NCBI GenBank assembly: GCA_031416075.1
Contig: JANOSY010000031.1
Location: forward strand, 72,912 to 136,911
Direction: 5' to 3'
Source of the DNA: Candidatus Tenderia sp.
GTDB lineage: Bacteria > Pseudomonadota > Gammaproteobacteria > Tenderiales > Tenderiaceae
DNA: 64,000 nt
Part shown: piece by piece, positions 34,068-44,504 of the stretch
How positions within the stretch are numbered: position 1 is the stretch's first letter
Layout of the letters: every line of letters begins with the position of its first letter
Notes under the pieces: generated by a model
What the model was told of the DNA's origin: nothing
What the model saw: only the letters and a program-made list of their open reading frames with translations
The model's database searches: none
Position numbers and translations under genes: made by a program

Positions 34068-35993
34068 ATGTATCCGATGAATTCCCTGCGCAATCCCCTC
34101 AACCTAATGGGTCTCTTTCTGATCGCTGCGCTACTGACGGCATGTAGCGGTGGCGGTGGCAGTTCAAAATCTCCGACGCCCACTCCGCCGCCCGCCAACA
34201 CCGGTTCCTTACCCACACAACCCACACTTGCACTTGGTTACGGCACCAACCAATTCAACTTCACTTGGGGCGCAATAAGCAACGCCACCAATTACCAACT
34301 ACTAGAAAATCCCGACGGTGCGTCGGGCTATACCCTGATAGGCGCTGACCTCACAACCACCGCTTATGACCACGCCATCGCCCTGCCGCAGCGGGTCAAT
34401 GCCAGCTATCTGCTTAAGGCCTGCAACAGCGAAGGCTGCACCAGCTCGACAGAGGTTTTTGTAAGCGCCAGTGTGGTGGCAGCTATTGGTTACGTAAAGG
34501 CTTCAAACACGGGGGCAGGTGATACCTTTGGTTACGCAGTTGCCTTAAGCGGCGACGGCACTACCCTTGCCATCGGCGCCGCAGGCCCTAACCCCAGCAA
34601 TACCCCCCCCATAGACAACCTGCTTCCTGGCGCGGGTGAAGATAGCAATGCTACCGGCATTGGTAGCGATCAGGCCAACAACAGCGCCAGCAGTGCCGGG
34701 GCGGTCTATCTCTTCAGCCGCAACAACGGTGCATGGGTACAGCAACAGTACATCAAGGCGACCAACGCCGAGAGCAACGACTATTTCGGCTGGTCACTGG
34801 CCCTGAGCAATGATGGCAATACCCTCGCGGTCGGTGCCCCGGGAGAGTCGAGCAACGCCATAGGTATTAATAATGGCGGTCAGGGCGACAACAGCGCCCT
34901 CCAGTCAGGTGCAGCCTACGTCTTCAACCGCGCTGGCAACACTTGGGCACAACAGAGCTACATCAAGGCATCAAATACCGGAGCGGGGGATTTCTTCGGT
35001 TGGTCACTCGCCTTGAGTGCCGACGGCAATACCCTGGCCGTTGGTGCCTATGGTGAAGACAGCAACGCCAAAGGCGTAGGCGGCAGCCAGAGCAATAACA
35101 GCCACAGTCTTGCCGGCGCGGCCTACATCTACACCCGCAATGCAGACACCTGGGCACAACAGGCCTATCTCAAAGCCTCCAATACAGATCTAGCGGCAAG
35201 CCCTCTAACTCCAGACGCAGGAGTCGACTATTTTGGCTGGTCACTCGATTTAAGCAGCGATGGCAATACCCTGGCTGTGGGTGCCTTTGGGGAAGATGGT
35301 GGTGCCACGGGGGTGAATAGCAACCAGAACAATAACGACGCCTACGACTCCGGCGCCGTTCACACCTTTAGCCGCGCTGACAACGTCTGGGCACCACAGG
35401 CCTACATCAAGGCATCCAATACCAACATCAGCGATAAATTTGGCATGTCTGTCAAACTCAGTGGCGACGGCACCACCCTCGCCGTCGGCGCCCCTAACGA
35501 GGATAGCAACGCCATCAACGTTGGTGGCAGCCAGAGCGATAATAGTGTCGCAGAGTCCGGCGCGGTCTACATCTTCAGCTACGACAGTGTGAATTGGGTA
35601 CAGCAGGCCTATATCAAGGCCTCAAATACCGGCACGGGTGACTGGTTTGGCATGGCGACCGCCTTGAGCGAGGATGGCGATACCCTCGTCGTCGGCGCCC
35701 CCTACGAGGCCAGCAACGGCACCGGCATCAATGGTGATCCAAACAACAACAGCGCGACCTACTCCGGCGCCATCTACCGCTACAGCCGCAGCAATGATCT
35801 CTGGTCGTCCCCGCTCTATGCCAAGGCACCCAATGCCGAGGCTAACGACTCTTTTGGTCGTTCACTCGACCTGAACGCCGACGCCACCAGCATCGCAGTG
35901 AGTGCCCCTTATGAGTCCAGCAGCGCCACGGGCATAGGTGGCAATCAGAGTGACAACAGCGCAGCACGTGCTGGTGCGGTCTATATTTACTGA
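34068..35993 (+). CDS. FG-GAP / integrin-alpha-like beta-propeller lipoprotein
   Basis: Lipobox LLTAC, FN3-like segment, repeated YIKASNT..D.FG.S.ALS.DG.TLAVGA..EDS..GAVY units; exact start uncertain (34047-34077). Confidence 0.88.
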   Translation: MYPMNSLRNPLNLMGLFLIAALLTACSGGGGSSKSPTPTPPPANTGSLPTQPTLALGYGTNQFNFTWGAISNATNYQLLENPDGASGYTLIGADLTTTAYDHAIALPQRVNASYLLKACNSEGCTSSTEVFVSASVVAAIGYVKASNTGAGDTFGYAVALSGDGTTLAIGAAGPNPSNTPPIDNLLPGAGEDSNATGIGSDQANNSASSAGAVYLFSRNNGAWVQQQYIKATNAESNDYFGWSLALSNDGNTLAVGAPGESSNAIGINNGGQGDNSALQSGAAYVFNRAGNTWAQQSYIKASNTGAGDFFGWSLALSADGNTLAVGAYGEDSNAKGVGGSQSNNSHSLAGAAYIYTRNADTWAQQAYLKASNTDLAASPLTPDAGVDYFGWSLDLSSDGNTLAVGAFGEDGGATGVNSNQNNNDAYDSGAVHTFSRADNVWAPQAYIKASNTNISDKFGMSVKLSGDGTTLAVGAPNEDSNAINVGGSQSDNSVAESGAVYIFSYDSVNWVQQAYIKASNTGTGDWFGMATALSEDGDTLVVGAPYEASNGTGINGDPNNNSATYSGAIYRYSRSNDLWSSPLYAKAPNAEANDSFGRSLDLNADATSIAVSAPYESSSATGIGGNQSDNSAARAGAVYIY

Positions 35994-36001
35994 GTCTTAC
36001 C

Positions 36002-36034
36002 TTTATCCGGCCTCGGCAACGGGGCCGGATAAAA
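36002..36034. terminator. bidirectional hairpin between convergent genes
   Basis: TTTATCCGGCCTCG-GCAA-CGGGGCCGGATAAAA. Confidence 0.7.
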
Positions 36035-36067
36035 CCACACACTCCAGGCGCGTCAGCTATTCACCTC

Positions 36068-37807
36068 TCAGCACGACCAGAGTGGTTCGATATAGTCGAT
36101 CAACAGCTGCACATCACAGGCACCACGAAACTCGTTTACATCCAATTTATAGGCGGCGTGCAGTTGCCGCACACCGCTTGGCCAGTCGTTATCATCGGTA
36201 TTAAAGGCGATAGCGCCGATGGTGATGTCACTCCCTTCAGGTTTAAGCGTTAGCTTGAGATGGCGCTCCCCCACAATGCGGCGATTCACAATCTCAAACA
36301 TGCCATCAAACAACGGTTCTGGGAAGCCTTGTCCCCATGGGCCGCCATGGCGCAACGTCTCGGCCAACTCTAAGGTGAAATCGGCGGGCGTTAACTCACC
36401 GTCACTCCAGAGTCTGCCGTGCAGATCATCACTATTAAGATGGCGACGCGCCTCCTTATCAAAGGCCACCACAAACTCCTCAAAACGGTTTTTATCGAGA
36501 CCCAACCCAGCGGCCATGGCGTGGCCACCAAACTTCTGGATCAGACCTGGGTGGCGGGTCGCCACCGCATCCAGGGCATCACGGATATGAAAGCCAGGCA
36601 CAGAACGAGCCGAGCCTTTGAGTGTATCCGCATCCGCCTCGGCAAAGGCGATCACCGGGCGGTGGTAACGATCCTTGATACGCGAAGCGAGGATGCCAAT
36701 CACCCCTTGGTGCCAGTCCGGTTGAAAGATACACAGCCCGGTGGGCAGCGCCTCGGCATCGCCCAACTGCAAAGAGTCCAGATGGGCCAGGGCCTGACCC
36801 TGCATCTCTGTTTCAATAGAGCGACGTTCACGATTGAGTCCGTCCAGTGTCTTGGCCAACTGCTGCGCCTGACCATGATCATCCGTCAGCAGACAGTGAA
36901 TACCGATGGCCATATCCTCCAGTCGTCCGGCGGCATTGAGGCGCGGCCCCACCACAAACCCCAGGTCAGAAGCCACCGCCCGCCCACGTGAACGACCCGC
37001 CACCTCCAGTAGCGCCGTGATGCCGGCACAGCACTGCCCCGCCCGAATCCGCGCCAGCCCCTGGGCCACCAGAATACGGTTGACCTGATCCAGCGGCACC
37101 ACATCGGCCACCGTGCCAAGCGCCACCAGGTCGAGCAGCTGCGCCAGATTGGGCAGTGGCACCGCCCGCTGTTCAAACCAGCCCGCATCACGTAGAGCAC
37201 CACGTAGCGCCATCATCACATAGAAGATAACCCCCACACCGGCCAACATCTTGCTGGGAAACTCACAACCGGGCTGATTGGGATTGACGATAGCATCGGC
37301 CAGCGGCAGCGTCGCGCCCGGCAGATGGTGGTCCGTCACCAGCACCTGAATACCGAGCTTTTTAGCTGTGGCCACCCCGTCAATACTGGCAATGCCGTTG
37401 TCCACGGTAACGATGAGATCAGGCTTCATCTTTGCCGCCACCGCCACGATCTCCGGCGTCAGGCCGTAACCGTACTCAAACCGATTCGGCACCAAAAACT
37501 GCACATCACGCGCCCCCATCAGACGCAACGCCCGCAGCGCCACGGCGGTACTGGTGGCACCATCACAATCAAAGTCACCCACCACCAGGATGCGTTGCCC
37601 CTGCTGCACGGCACGGGCAAGCAGCGCCACAGCAGCGTCGATTCCCTTCATGGCGCTAATAGGGTGCAAGCGGCCGAGACCACACTCCAGCTCATCAACA
37701 GACGCCACCCGGCGGCTAGCATAGAGCCGCGCCAGCACCGGCGGGAGATCAGGGAAGGTGACAGCCCAGTTATCGGGCAGCGGACGACGGAGGATTTTAT
37801 GACTCAC
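36068..37807 (-). CDS. recJ: single-stranded DNA exonuclease RecJ
   Basis: GDFDCDG, TVDNG, TDHH, GTVADV, PRLNAAGR, GGHAMAAG. Confidence 0.98.
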   Translation of the reverse strand: MSHKILRRPLPDNWAVTFPDLPPVLARLYASRRVASVDELECGLGRLHPISAMKGIDAAVALLARAVQQGQRILVVGDFDCDGATSTAVALRALRLMGARDVQFLVPNRFEYGYGLTPEIVAVAAKMKPDLIVTVDNGIASIDGVATAKKLGIQVLVTDHHLPGATLPLADAIVNPNQPGCEFPSKMLAGVGVIFYVMMALRGALRDAGWFEQRAVPLPNLAQLLDLVALGTVADVVPLDQVNRILVAQGLARIRAGQCCAGITALLEVAGRSRGRAVASDLGFVVGPRLNAAGRLEDMAIGIHCLLTDDHGQAQQLAKTLDGLNRERRSIETEMQGQALAHLDSLQLGDAEALPTGLCIFQPDWHQGVIGILASRIKDRYHRPVIAFAEADADTLKGSARSVPGFHIRDALDAVATRHPGLIQKFGGHAMAAGLGLDKNRFEEFVVAFDKEARRHLNSDDLHGRLWSDGELTPADFTLELAETLRHGGPWGQGFPEPLFDGMFEIVNRRIVGERHLKLTLKPEGSDITIGAIAFNTDDNDWPSGVRQLHAAYKLDVNEFRGACDVQLLIDYIEPLWSC

Positions 37808-37898
37808 AGGTGACTACCCTTAAAATACACTTTCAACATCATCTCCTCTGCTTGCATACGTTTCTTCATGCAGCCTGGTTGAATTTTGCGCATGATCG

Positions 37899-38981
37899 CT
37901 AAAGATACCGGCTGAATGGACGGCGCCGCTGCCACCAGCGCCCCAGCTGTTTGCGGTTGAGCTGAAAATGGTGACCATCACTGATCAGGCTGATTTCACT
38001 CAGATCACCACTTTTCAGCGCTGCCAGCAGGGGCACAAACCAGCTCTGGTTTAGTTCCTGCACAACTCCTTGCCACTGCATCAGCTCTTCCGGCTGGTTA
38101 TAGCGTTGGCGCATGCCGTCGATCACCACCAAGTGCTGCCCCGCTACGCTTGCCTGCTCCAGCCACTCTTCGCCGGTGGCTGGCAGGCTTGAGGTTTTCA
38201 CCTGAAATAGGTGCGCCAGTCCGCGACTCAGCAGCTCATTGCTCCAGAGCTGATGCCATGGCGTGGTTGTAGTGTTGACTACGGGCAACTGGCCGCCGCC
38301 CCAGAACCAGAGGCTATTGATCTCCGGCAACCCCTGCTGACGGCGCTGCTGATTAACACTGCTGCCATAAAAGAGCATCTGCACCTCACTGAGCAGTCTA
38401 TTCCAGTAGAGTCCCTCGGCCCCCTGTGGCAGGTGGGGATAGATGCCCTGCCCCACCACTGCCGACAAGGGCGTGGTGGTGATTTGTGGTGTACGTTCGA
38501 CCCGCAGGTACCAGCGCTGATTGACCGGTGTTTCAAGTTGCAGACCATCGTCGCGACAGAGTTGGTTGAACTCATCACGCAGCTGCGCCATCTCTGCGCC
38601 GCTGACGTTAAGCTGGTGGTTGCCGGCCATGATCACCTGATCATGGCTCGGCTGCATGTGTACCGGATCGGCACGTAGCCAGTAGTGACCGTCCGCTGTG
38701 CCGCCATCAATCAACCGCGTTACCGCCGCCACCGGCCAATCCCCCATTGCGGCGTGGATGCCAAACAGGGTGAACAACCGCTGCTCGATACCACTATGTT
38801 CGCTGCGTTGTTGTTGGGCGCGGGCCAACAACAGCTCCAGCGCCGTCAAATCATCAAAGGGCATCTCTTTAAGCAGTGCCGTCAACTGCGCGGGTTCAGC
38901 GGCTGCGGCAAACAGACCGGGAATGTATAGAGTGATAGAAGGTTGCGGCATTGGCAGGTGATTGAGTGAAAGGGGGTACAT
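37899..38981 (-). CDS. RpfE-type / phosphoglycerate-mutase-like conserved protein
   Basis: WLRADPVH, L.E.QML, NSLWFWGGG; typical position upstream of recJ. Confidence 0.75.
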   Translation of the reverse strand: MYPLSLNHLPMPQPSITLYIPGLFAAAAEPAQLTALLKEMPFDDLTALELLLARAQQQRSEHSGIEQRLFTLFGIHAAMGDWPVAAVTRLIDGGTADGHYWLRADPVHMQPSHDQVIMAGNHQLNVSGAEMAQLRDEFNQLCRDDGLQLETPVNQRWYLRVERTPQITTTPLSAVVGQGIYPHLPQGAEGLYWNRLLSEVQMLFYGSSVNQQRRQQGLPEINSLWFWGGGQLPVVNTTTTPWHQLWSNELLSRGLAHLFQVKTSSLPATGEEWLEQASVAGQHLVVIDGMRQRYNQPEELMQWQGVVQELNQSWFVPLLAALKSGDLSEISLISDGHHFQLNRKQLGRWWQRRRPFSRYL

Positions 38982-39078
38982 GATAGTGCCTCAGCCACGC
39001 AGTGGCCACCGCAAATAAAAAAAGGGCTCCTACCCTGGCACCCCGAACAACTCCAAATATTCGACTACCGATTTATTA

Positions 39079-39414
39079 CTAGCCAGCTTTCAACAGCCCC
39101 ATCAGGTCCTGTGTGAGGTTGCCCGTTTGAGCGGCCAAGCCTTGGCCGCTGTTTGCACCAAACAGCGCACCCAACCCTTTTGCCAGCTGTGCGGCTTGGT
39201 CGGATGATTTGATCACCCCTTCACCACGCAGGTTGGTTTGCTGGTTTAGTACTTGGGCCGCTCGGCTTACCATTACATCGTCGTCATCACTGCCACTGCC
39301 TGCTGCGGCTGGTTGCTCTTTCTCTTGCCCTGACACCTGCCGCTGCGTCTCTGGCGGCAACGTTTTATTGCTGCCTATCAGCGCCGGGGAGTTGTTGGTG
39401 ACTGGTGTGGCCAT
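39079..39414 (-). CDS. small hypothetical protein (FlgM-like architecture)
   Basis: AGGAG RBS, low-complexity N-terminal half, DDVMVSRAAQVL resembling FlgM 'D.V.lS..A..l'. Confidence 0.5.
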   Translation of the reverse strand: MATPVTNNSPALIGSNKTLPPETQRQVSGQEKEQPAAAGSGSDDDDVMVSRAAQVLNQQTNLRGEGVIKSSDQAAQLAKGLGALFGANSGQGLAAQTGNLTQDLMGLLKAG

Positions 39415-39550
39415 CTGATCTTGCTCCTATTGGTATGACATTTTCTTGACGAACAGAGGGGTTGATCGCCGCTTGATAACAACAGGAGCAAAGAGCGGGC
39501 CATCTCTGCTAGGCTTTGGCTTCAATCGACGTTTGAGACTCGATGTTCAT

Positions 39551-39949
39551 ATGCGCTACCACCCACAAATCCGCCACATCCCACGCCTGATAACGGTGTG
39601 GCTGCTGACCTGCACTGCCACAGCGCTGGCCGATGTGCCAGCCGCGCAGCAACATGAGGTGCAACATCTGCTGACGTTTATTGCTAAAAGTGATTGCACC
39701 TTGATGCGTAATGGCAAACCGCACACGGGGGAAGAGGCGTTGGTCCACATAGAGCGTAAATACGATTATTTGAGGAAGAAGATCACAACGACAGAAGGAT
39801 TCATCGAACTTGCCGCCAGTTCTAGCAGCATGAGTGGCAGCGATTACCGGGTAAGGTGCCCAAGGCTACCAGAGACCAAAAGCAGAGAGTGGTTGATGCA
39901 GGAGCTGAGGCGTTACCGCCAACTGCCACCTAAAACCAACCCGCCGTAA
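39551..39949 (+). CDS. DUF5329 (YfeK-like) secreted protein
   Basis: Signal peptide; C..RNG, HIERKYDY, FIELAAS.SS.SG..Y. Confidence 0.8.
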   Translation: MRYHPQIRHIPRLITVWLLTCTATALADVPAAQQHEVQHLLTFIAKSDCTLMRNGKPHTGEEALVHIERKYDYLRKKITTTEGFIELAASSSSMSGSDYRVRCPRLPETKSREWLMQELRRYRQLPPKTNPP

Positions 39950-39952
39950 TGG

Positions 39953-40669
39953 TTAGAGATGCAGCCCACACTCCGCTTTGGGGGTGTCGATCCAACGGCC
40001 GCTGCGGTCATCGCCCGGCTTGGTGCAGTGTGTGCAGCCGATGGAGGAGTACCCCTCGGCTACTAATGGATGAAACGGCAGTTGGTGATCGCGGATGTAG
40101 GTATCACGCTGTTCTTTGGTGACGTCGATAAGGGGATAAAATTTGATGATACCGCCACGGTATTCAAAAACATCCAGCGATGAGCGATGCTCGGTCTGCC
40201 AGCGCATCAAGCCGGAGACCCACACCTTGAAGTTCTTCTTGATCTCCTGCAACGGCTCAACCTTATTGATGGAGCAGCAGAAGTCAGGGTCTGTTTTCCA
40301 GGTCTGATCCTTGACGGTGTACTCATGTTTCCACGCCTCGGCACGTACATCCTCAACCTTAAGATGGTAAAGCTCAGTGAGTTTGGCCTTATACTCCAGC
40401 GTCTCGGAAAAATGGAAACCAGTATCAACAAAATGGACCTTCTGCTGTGGCGCAACCGTTGCGAACAGGTGCAGCAAAAAGGCGGAGTTGGCGGCAAATG
40501 AGGAGGTGAGCATCACCTCCTGCTCAGCAAAGTCATGATAGAGCGCCCTGACACGCGCTTCCGGGGTTAAGTCACGGTAGCGGGTATTGAGTTCGTCAAT
40601 GACGGCCTCTACGCTCAACCCGTGCACTGTTTTCTCAACGGCGGCTGTCATCATGGCATAGGATTCCAT
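39953..40669 (-). CDS. cysH: thioredoxin-dependent (P)APS reductase, Fe-S APS-reductase type
   Basis: SSF, DTGFHF.ET, CCSINKVEPL, SIGCTHCT, ECGLHL. Confidence 0.9.
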   Translation of the reverse strand: MESYAMMTAAVEKTVHGLSVEAVIDELNTRYRDLTPEARVRALYHDFAEQEVMLTSSFAANSAFLLHLFATVAPQQKVHFVDTGFHFSETLEYKAKLTELYHLKVEDVRAEAWKHEYTVKDQTWKTDPDFCCSINKVEPLQEIKKNFKVWVSGLMRWQTEHRSSLDVFEYRGGIIKFYPLIDVTKEQRDTYIRDHQLPFHPLVAEGYSSIGCTHCTKPGDDRSGRWIDTPKAECGLHL

Positions 40670-40796
40670 ATTATTTAAACGGGTTACGCTGCAAGGTTAG
40701 CGTCGCAATGTATATAAAATTACACTATATGAAATGTCAGGCGTTATAAATTAAACAGATATAATATAGCCACCGGCTATTAGGCTTTTGCAAATA

Positions 40797-41102
40797 CTAC
40801 GGTTTAACAGGGTCTCTATCGCTAACAAACAGCTGCTGGTAGTAACCAAGCTGACGCCGTAAAACCTCCCGTTCAACCGGCCGAAATATCTCATCCACCA
40901 CGGTAAATTGGAGCCTCTCAACAACAGCATCGGGGGACTCTGTTTGCCAGGGGATGATGGTGAGCCCCTTCGGCAATTCACTACTACCAAATATGCTTAT
41001 CCCCTTTTTAATCTCCATCACCTCTTCCGCTGGCGCTGTAGTAACCACACCCGCCATTATGAATAGTAGAAAGATCGGGGCCAACCTCAGTCGCACCATC
41101 AT
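40797..41102 (-). CDS. small secreted protein (GltF-like position)
   Basis: Signal peptide, SIFGSSELPKGLTIIPWQ, PVEREVLRRQ; overlaps the upstream TPR gene. Confidence 0.65.
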   Translation of the reverse strand: MMVRLRLAPIFLLFIMAGVVTTAPAEEVMEIKKGISIFGSSELPKGLTIIPWQTESPDAVVERLQFTVVDEIFRPVEREVLRRQLGYYQQLFVSDRDPVKP

Positions 41103-41728
41103 CTATTGGGCCCTGTTGTTGCTGCAGGCGTTTTAAGGCGCTGAGTCAGCTCTGCAATCCACATGGAGACCTGAGCATCATCATTGGAGGTCATAAATTG
41201 ATAACGGATGTAGTGCTGTAACGCCTTTTCGCCCTCAAACAGATAGAGGTCATAAAGAATGCCAAGATTCAGGTAGGCATCGGCATACTCTTCATCCGCC
41301 GCAATGGCACTCTTGTATGCAGCCAGTGCTTCGTTGAAACGTCCACGCTCACGGTAGACCATGCCAAGACGATTTTGGGCTACAGCACTTTTAGGATTCA
41401 GCGCCACCGCCTTTAACAACGCTTCCTCCGCCTCATCGAGGCGACTCATTCTGTGATAGAGAATGCCCAGATTGACATAAGGACCGGAATAATCAGGATG
41501 GCGCTCAATAAAAATATTGAGTTCTTTAATCGCCAGCGGATAGTTACCCTCGCGGATGCTGGTGAGCGCCAGATCATACTCCTGTTTCTGCAGTTCAAGC
41601 TGTCGTAACTGCTCCGCCGTTAAAGGTATAGGCGCTGCATCACTCTGCTCAATCGACGTTGTTGCACATCCACTCAAGTACAGCCCCAGCAAGATTGCCG
41701 CCACCGCTTTACTGCAACGCTTCAACAA
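41099..41728 (-). CDS. TPR lipoprotein (GltE/AglT-like)
   Basis: Lipobox LSGC; 3-4 TPRs (NLGILY, NRLGMVYR, AYLNLGILYDLY). Confidence 0.8.
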   Translation of the reverse strand: MLKRCSKAVAAILLGLYLSGCATTSIEQSDAAPIPLTAEQLRQLELQKQEYDLALTSIREGNYPLAIKELNIFIERHPDYSGPYVNLGILYHRMSRLDEAEEALLKAVALNPKSAVAQNRLGMVYRERGRFNEALAAYKSAIAADEEYADAYLNLGILYDLYLFEGEKALQHYIRYQFMTSNDDAQVSMWIAELTQRLKTPAATTGPNR

Positions 41729-44504
41729 TGCTGGCCCCTTTTTCAGATTTTGAATACCGTACCGGCAATAACTCTTTGAGCTTGCCGTAGCTCTTTTTCA
41801 CCCAGGTATCGTAAACGCCGCTGGAAACACGCTGGGTATTTGACTCAAGAATCGCAATGGCCTTCTCCTCAAATGGAAAGGCCTGCTCTTCAAGCATGAT
41901 GTTGTACTCCTCCAGCTCATCCCGCCCCAACTCTTTGGGCCGTTCGGACTCCATCAAGTTTTTACTGAACTGGTAATAAATTTCACCTATGCGATAGGTA
42001 GAGGCTGTCACCACGTCAGAGACACTGTATGTGGCCGCCTGGTTATAGGCGCTCAGTGCATCTTCCATGCGCTCTTTTTTTATCAGCAGATTTTTGGCCA
42101 ACGGCTCAACCAGTTTAACGCTCTGAAATGCACTCAACTTTCCCTCTGCCATATCCAGGGCCGCCTGTGCCACAAGGTATCGGCTTCGATCGGTATGCCC
42201 AGGGCGATCCAGCTCAACATCCATCAGCTGTGTTGTTATAAAATTGGACCGTGCAGTCTGCCCCAGTGCCAGGTAAAGCTGGCTCAGGCGATAACGTGCC
42301 TCGATCTGCTGACTGTAAGGCTCTGCAAATTGCAGCAGATAAAACTCATACACATTGGCGCTGCGGTCGAGCTGTCTGGCCTTTTCATAAAGCTCGGCTG
42401 ACTGCCACGCGGCCTCCCTTTTTACATCCACTGAGTGGTCGGCACGGGCGATTTTCTCATACTCTTCCGCGGCCTGAACCCCTTTGCCAGACTCCATGTA
42501 GACCAGTGCCAGTTTAAAGGGCAGCTCCTGCTGCAGCCCATGCTCTGGATAGCTTTTTCGGAAATGTTCCAGTGTTGTGATCGCTGCATCCCACGCCTTC
42601 ATCTCAATCAGGACTGAGGCCGCTTCATATTCTGCCTGTATGCGAATATCCGCCGCTGGGGCAACGGCGGATATTCTCAGGTAGTCATCCACCGCTGCGG
42701 TCATGTTGCCCACCGCCTGTTTCTCTTTTGCCTGTTTGTAGATGGAGGCTGCCAGCCACTCAAACGCCACCGGCTTAACACTTCCTTTACTTCGCGCCAG
42801 TGCTATCGCCTGCTGATATGAACGTTCAGCGTTGCGGTACTCTTTCTGCTCGTAATAGCCGTGGGCATTCACCGTCCACGCCGCCTCAAGCAACTCAGGC
42901 GCTGCATTCTCACCCATGGTGATTACGCGCTGGGCCAACATCTGTGCCTTATCGAACTCTTTGGCACCGTAGGCCTCTTGCGCCAGAGTGGTCATGATCG
43001 TCGCCATGCGGCTATCGTCTGGATAACGCTCGGCATACTGCAATAGATTGGCAGTCTGTTTATCACTCCACTCTTTCTGTGTCTCCGGGCCGATCGTTTT
43101 CAGTAGTTCGCGGTAGGCCAGGATGGCGGCGTAACCCGCCTCCTGAGAGTTGGTGCTGGCAGGAAACTCGTACGCAACACGTTCATACTCTTTGCTGGCC
43201 TCGGCGTAACGTTTGCCCTCGTAGAGCATGTCCGCCAACAGGTAGTGGATCTTGGCCTCATCTTTGTCATTGGGCAGATCCCGCAAATAGGCGCGATACC
43301 AGTTCTCTGCCAGATTGTAATCGGACTCACGTTTCTCTCTCTGCGCCACCGCATGGTAATACTGGGTAATATCGGTCAGCGCCAACCGCACATTGGGCAT
43401 CAACTGGGCGCGAACTTTATCGTTGTAATTTATCCACAGACTACTACTAGGGCCATAGACCTGAACAAAGTGCTTTTTAGCACTCAATACCGCATCAGGC
43501 TTCTCTGCCAGGGCAAAGATATCAAACAGTTTCAACTTGAAAAATGCCGCCTGCGGCTCCTTCAGATAACGGACAGAGTAGGTTGTGTAGATGTTCACCG
43601 CGTCCTGATAACGCTTTTGGCGCAGATAAAAATCGGCCAACGTCTGGTAGATCACGTGGTCGTAGTTTTTGCGGCCACGTTTGGCAATCTGTGCCTCGAT
43701 GCGATCGACACTGTTGACGTATGAGAAGACCAGCGCGACAGCGTAGAGGGTATCGTCGATCAGCTCCTGATCCGTCTGCCCCACAGGTAGCGCGGCAAAC
43801 GGGTCTCCATCCAGCTCCAGTGGTACCAATTTAAGATCGAGAAGGGAGAAAAACGATACCAGCGCCTGGTCAAACTGGTCCAGCTTCAACATATTCCAGC
43901 CATGTTTATGCAAGGCCAACTCATAAAAGCGGGATGTTTCACCAAGCTCCACCACACTATGGAACACCCTGGCCGACGCTTCGTACTCACCATCCACAAA
44001 AAACAGCTCACCGCGACGGAACTGCACCTCGGCATAAAGTGGGCTACTGGGGTACTCTTCTGCCAGCCTTGCCAAGGCTGCCATTGACTCATCCACCATT
44101 CCCAGCCGTTCATAGGCCTGGGCCAGTTGGTAGAGCACCTGATCATTACCAACAAAATCGGGGTAACTCTGGAGCAACTCCTTATATATATCAATGGAGA
44201 CCTGATACTCCTTAATATCACCAGCACTTAATGGCGTGACGGTTTTGACCTCTTTGTCCAATCCGGTCTCCAGCTCCAGATCGGCCAGCCGCTTCATGGC
44301 TCGGGCACGAAAACGGTTATCAATATCCTGCTCCATCGTCGAACGGTAATATTTCATGGCATCGTTGCGATTCACCTCAACCGGTGTATCAACATCAATC
44401 ACCACCTTGGAACGCTCCATGCTCCCTAACGTCAACTCCTTTGAGCCACTACAGGCGACCAGTAACAGGGTCGCCAGGACGAGCAGGGATATACGACGCA
44501 TCAT
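41709..44504 (-). CDS. large TPR lipoprotein (GltD/AgmU-like)
   Basis: Lipobox LVAC; many TPRs; C-terminal EYNIMLEEQAFPFEEKAI. Confidence 0.8.
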   Translation of the reverse strand: MMRRISLLVLATLLLVACSGSKELTLGSMERSKVVIDVDTPVEVNRNDAMKYYRSTMEQDIDNRFRARAMKRLADLELETGLDKEVKTVTPLSAGDIKEYQVSIDIYKELLQSYPDFVGNDQVLYQLAQAYERLGMVDESMAALARLAEEYPSSPLYAEVQFRRGELFFVDGEYEASARVFHSVVELGETSRFYELALHKHGWNMLKLDQFDQALVSFFSLLDLKLVPLELDGDPFAALPVGQTDQELIDDTLYAVALVFSYVNSVDRIEAQIAKRGRKNYDHVIYQTLADFYLRQKRYQDAVNIYTTYSVRYLKEPQAAFFKLKLFDIFALAEKPDAVLSAKKHFVQVYGPSSSLWINYNDKVRAQLMPNVRLALTDITQYYHAVAQREKRESDYNLAENWYRAYLRDLPNDKDEAKIHYLLADMLYEGKRYAEASKEYERVAYEFPASTNSQEAGYAAILAYRELLKTIGPETQKEWSDKQTANLLQYAERYPDDSRMATIMTTLAQEAYGAKEFDKAQMLAQRVITMGENAAPELLEAAWTVNAHGYYEQKEYRNAERSYQQAIALARSKGSVKPVAFEWLAASIYKQAKEKQAVGNMTAAVDDYLRISAVAPAADIRIQAEYEAASVLIEMKAWDAAITTLEHFRKSYPEHGLQQELPFKLALVYMESGKGVQAAEEYEKIARADHSVDVKREAAWQSAELYEKARQLDRSANVYEFYLLQFAEPYSQQIEARYRLSQLYLALGQTARSNFITTQLMDVELDRPGHTDRSRYLVAQAALDMAEGKLSAFQSVKLVEPLAKNLLIKKERMEDALSAYNQAATYSVSDVVTASTYRIGEIYYQFSKNLMESERPKELGRDELEEYNIMLEEQAFPFEEKAIAILESNTQRVSSGVYDTWVKKSYGKLKELLPVRYSKSEKGASIVEALQ

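Noticed and set aside
34480-35993. Recurrent nucleotide repeats (e.g. TACATCAAGGC) as a DNA-level array
   Set aside because: Explained by FG-GAP protein repeats
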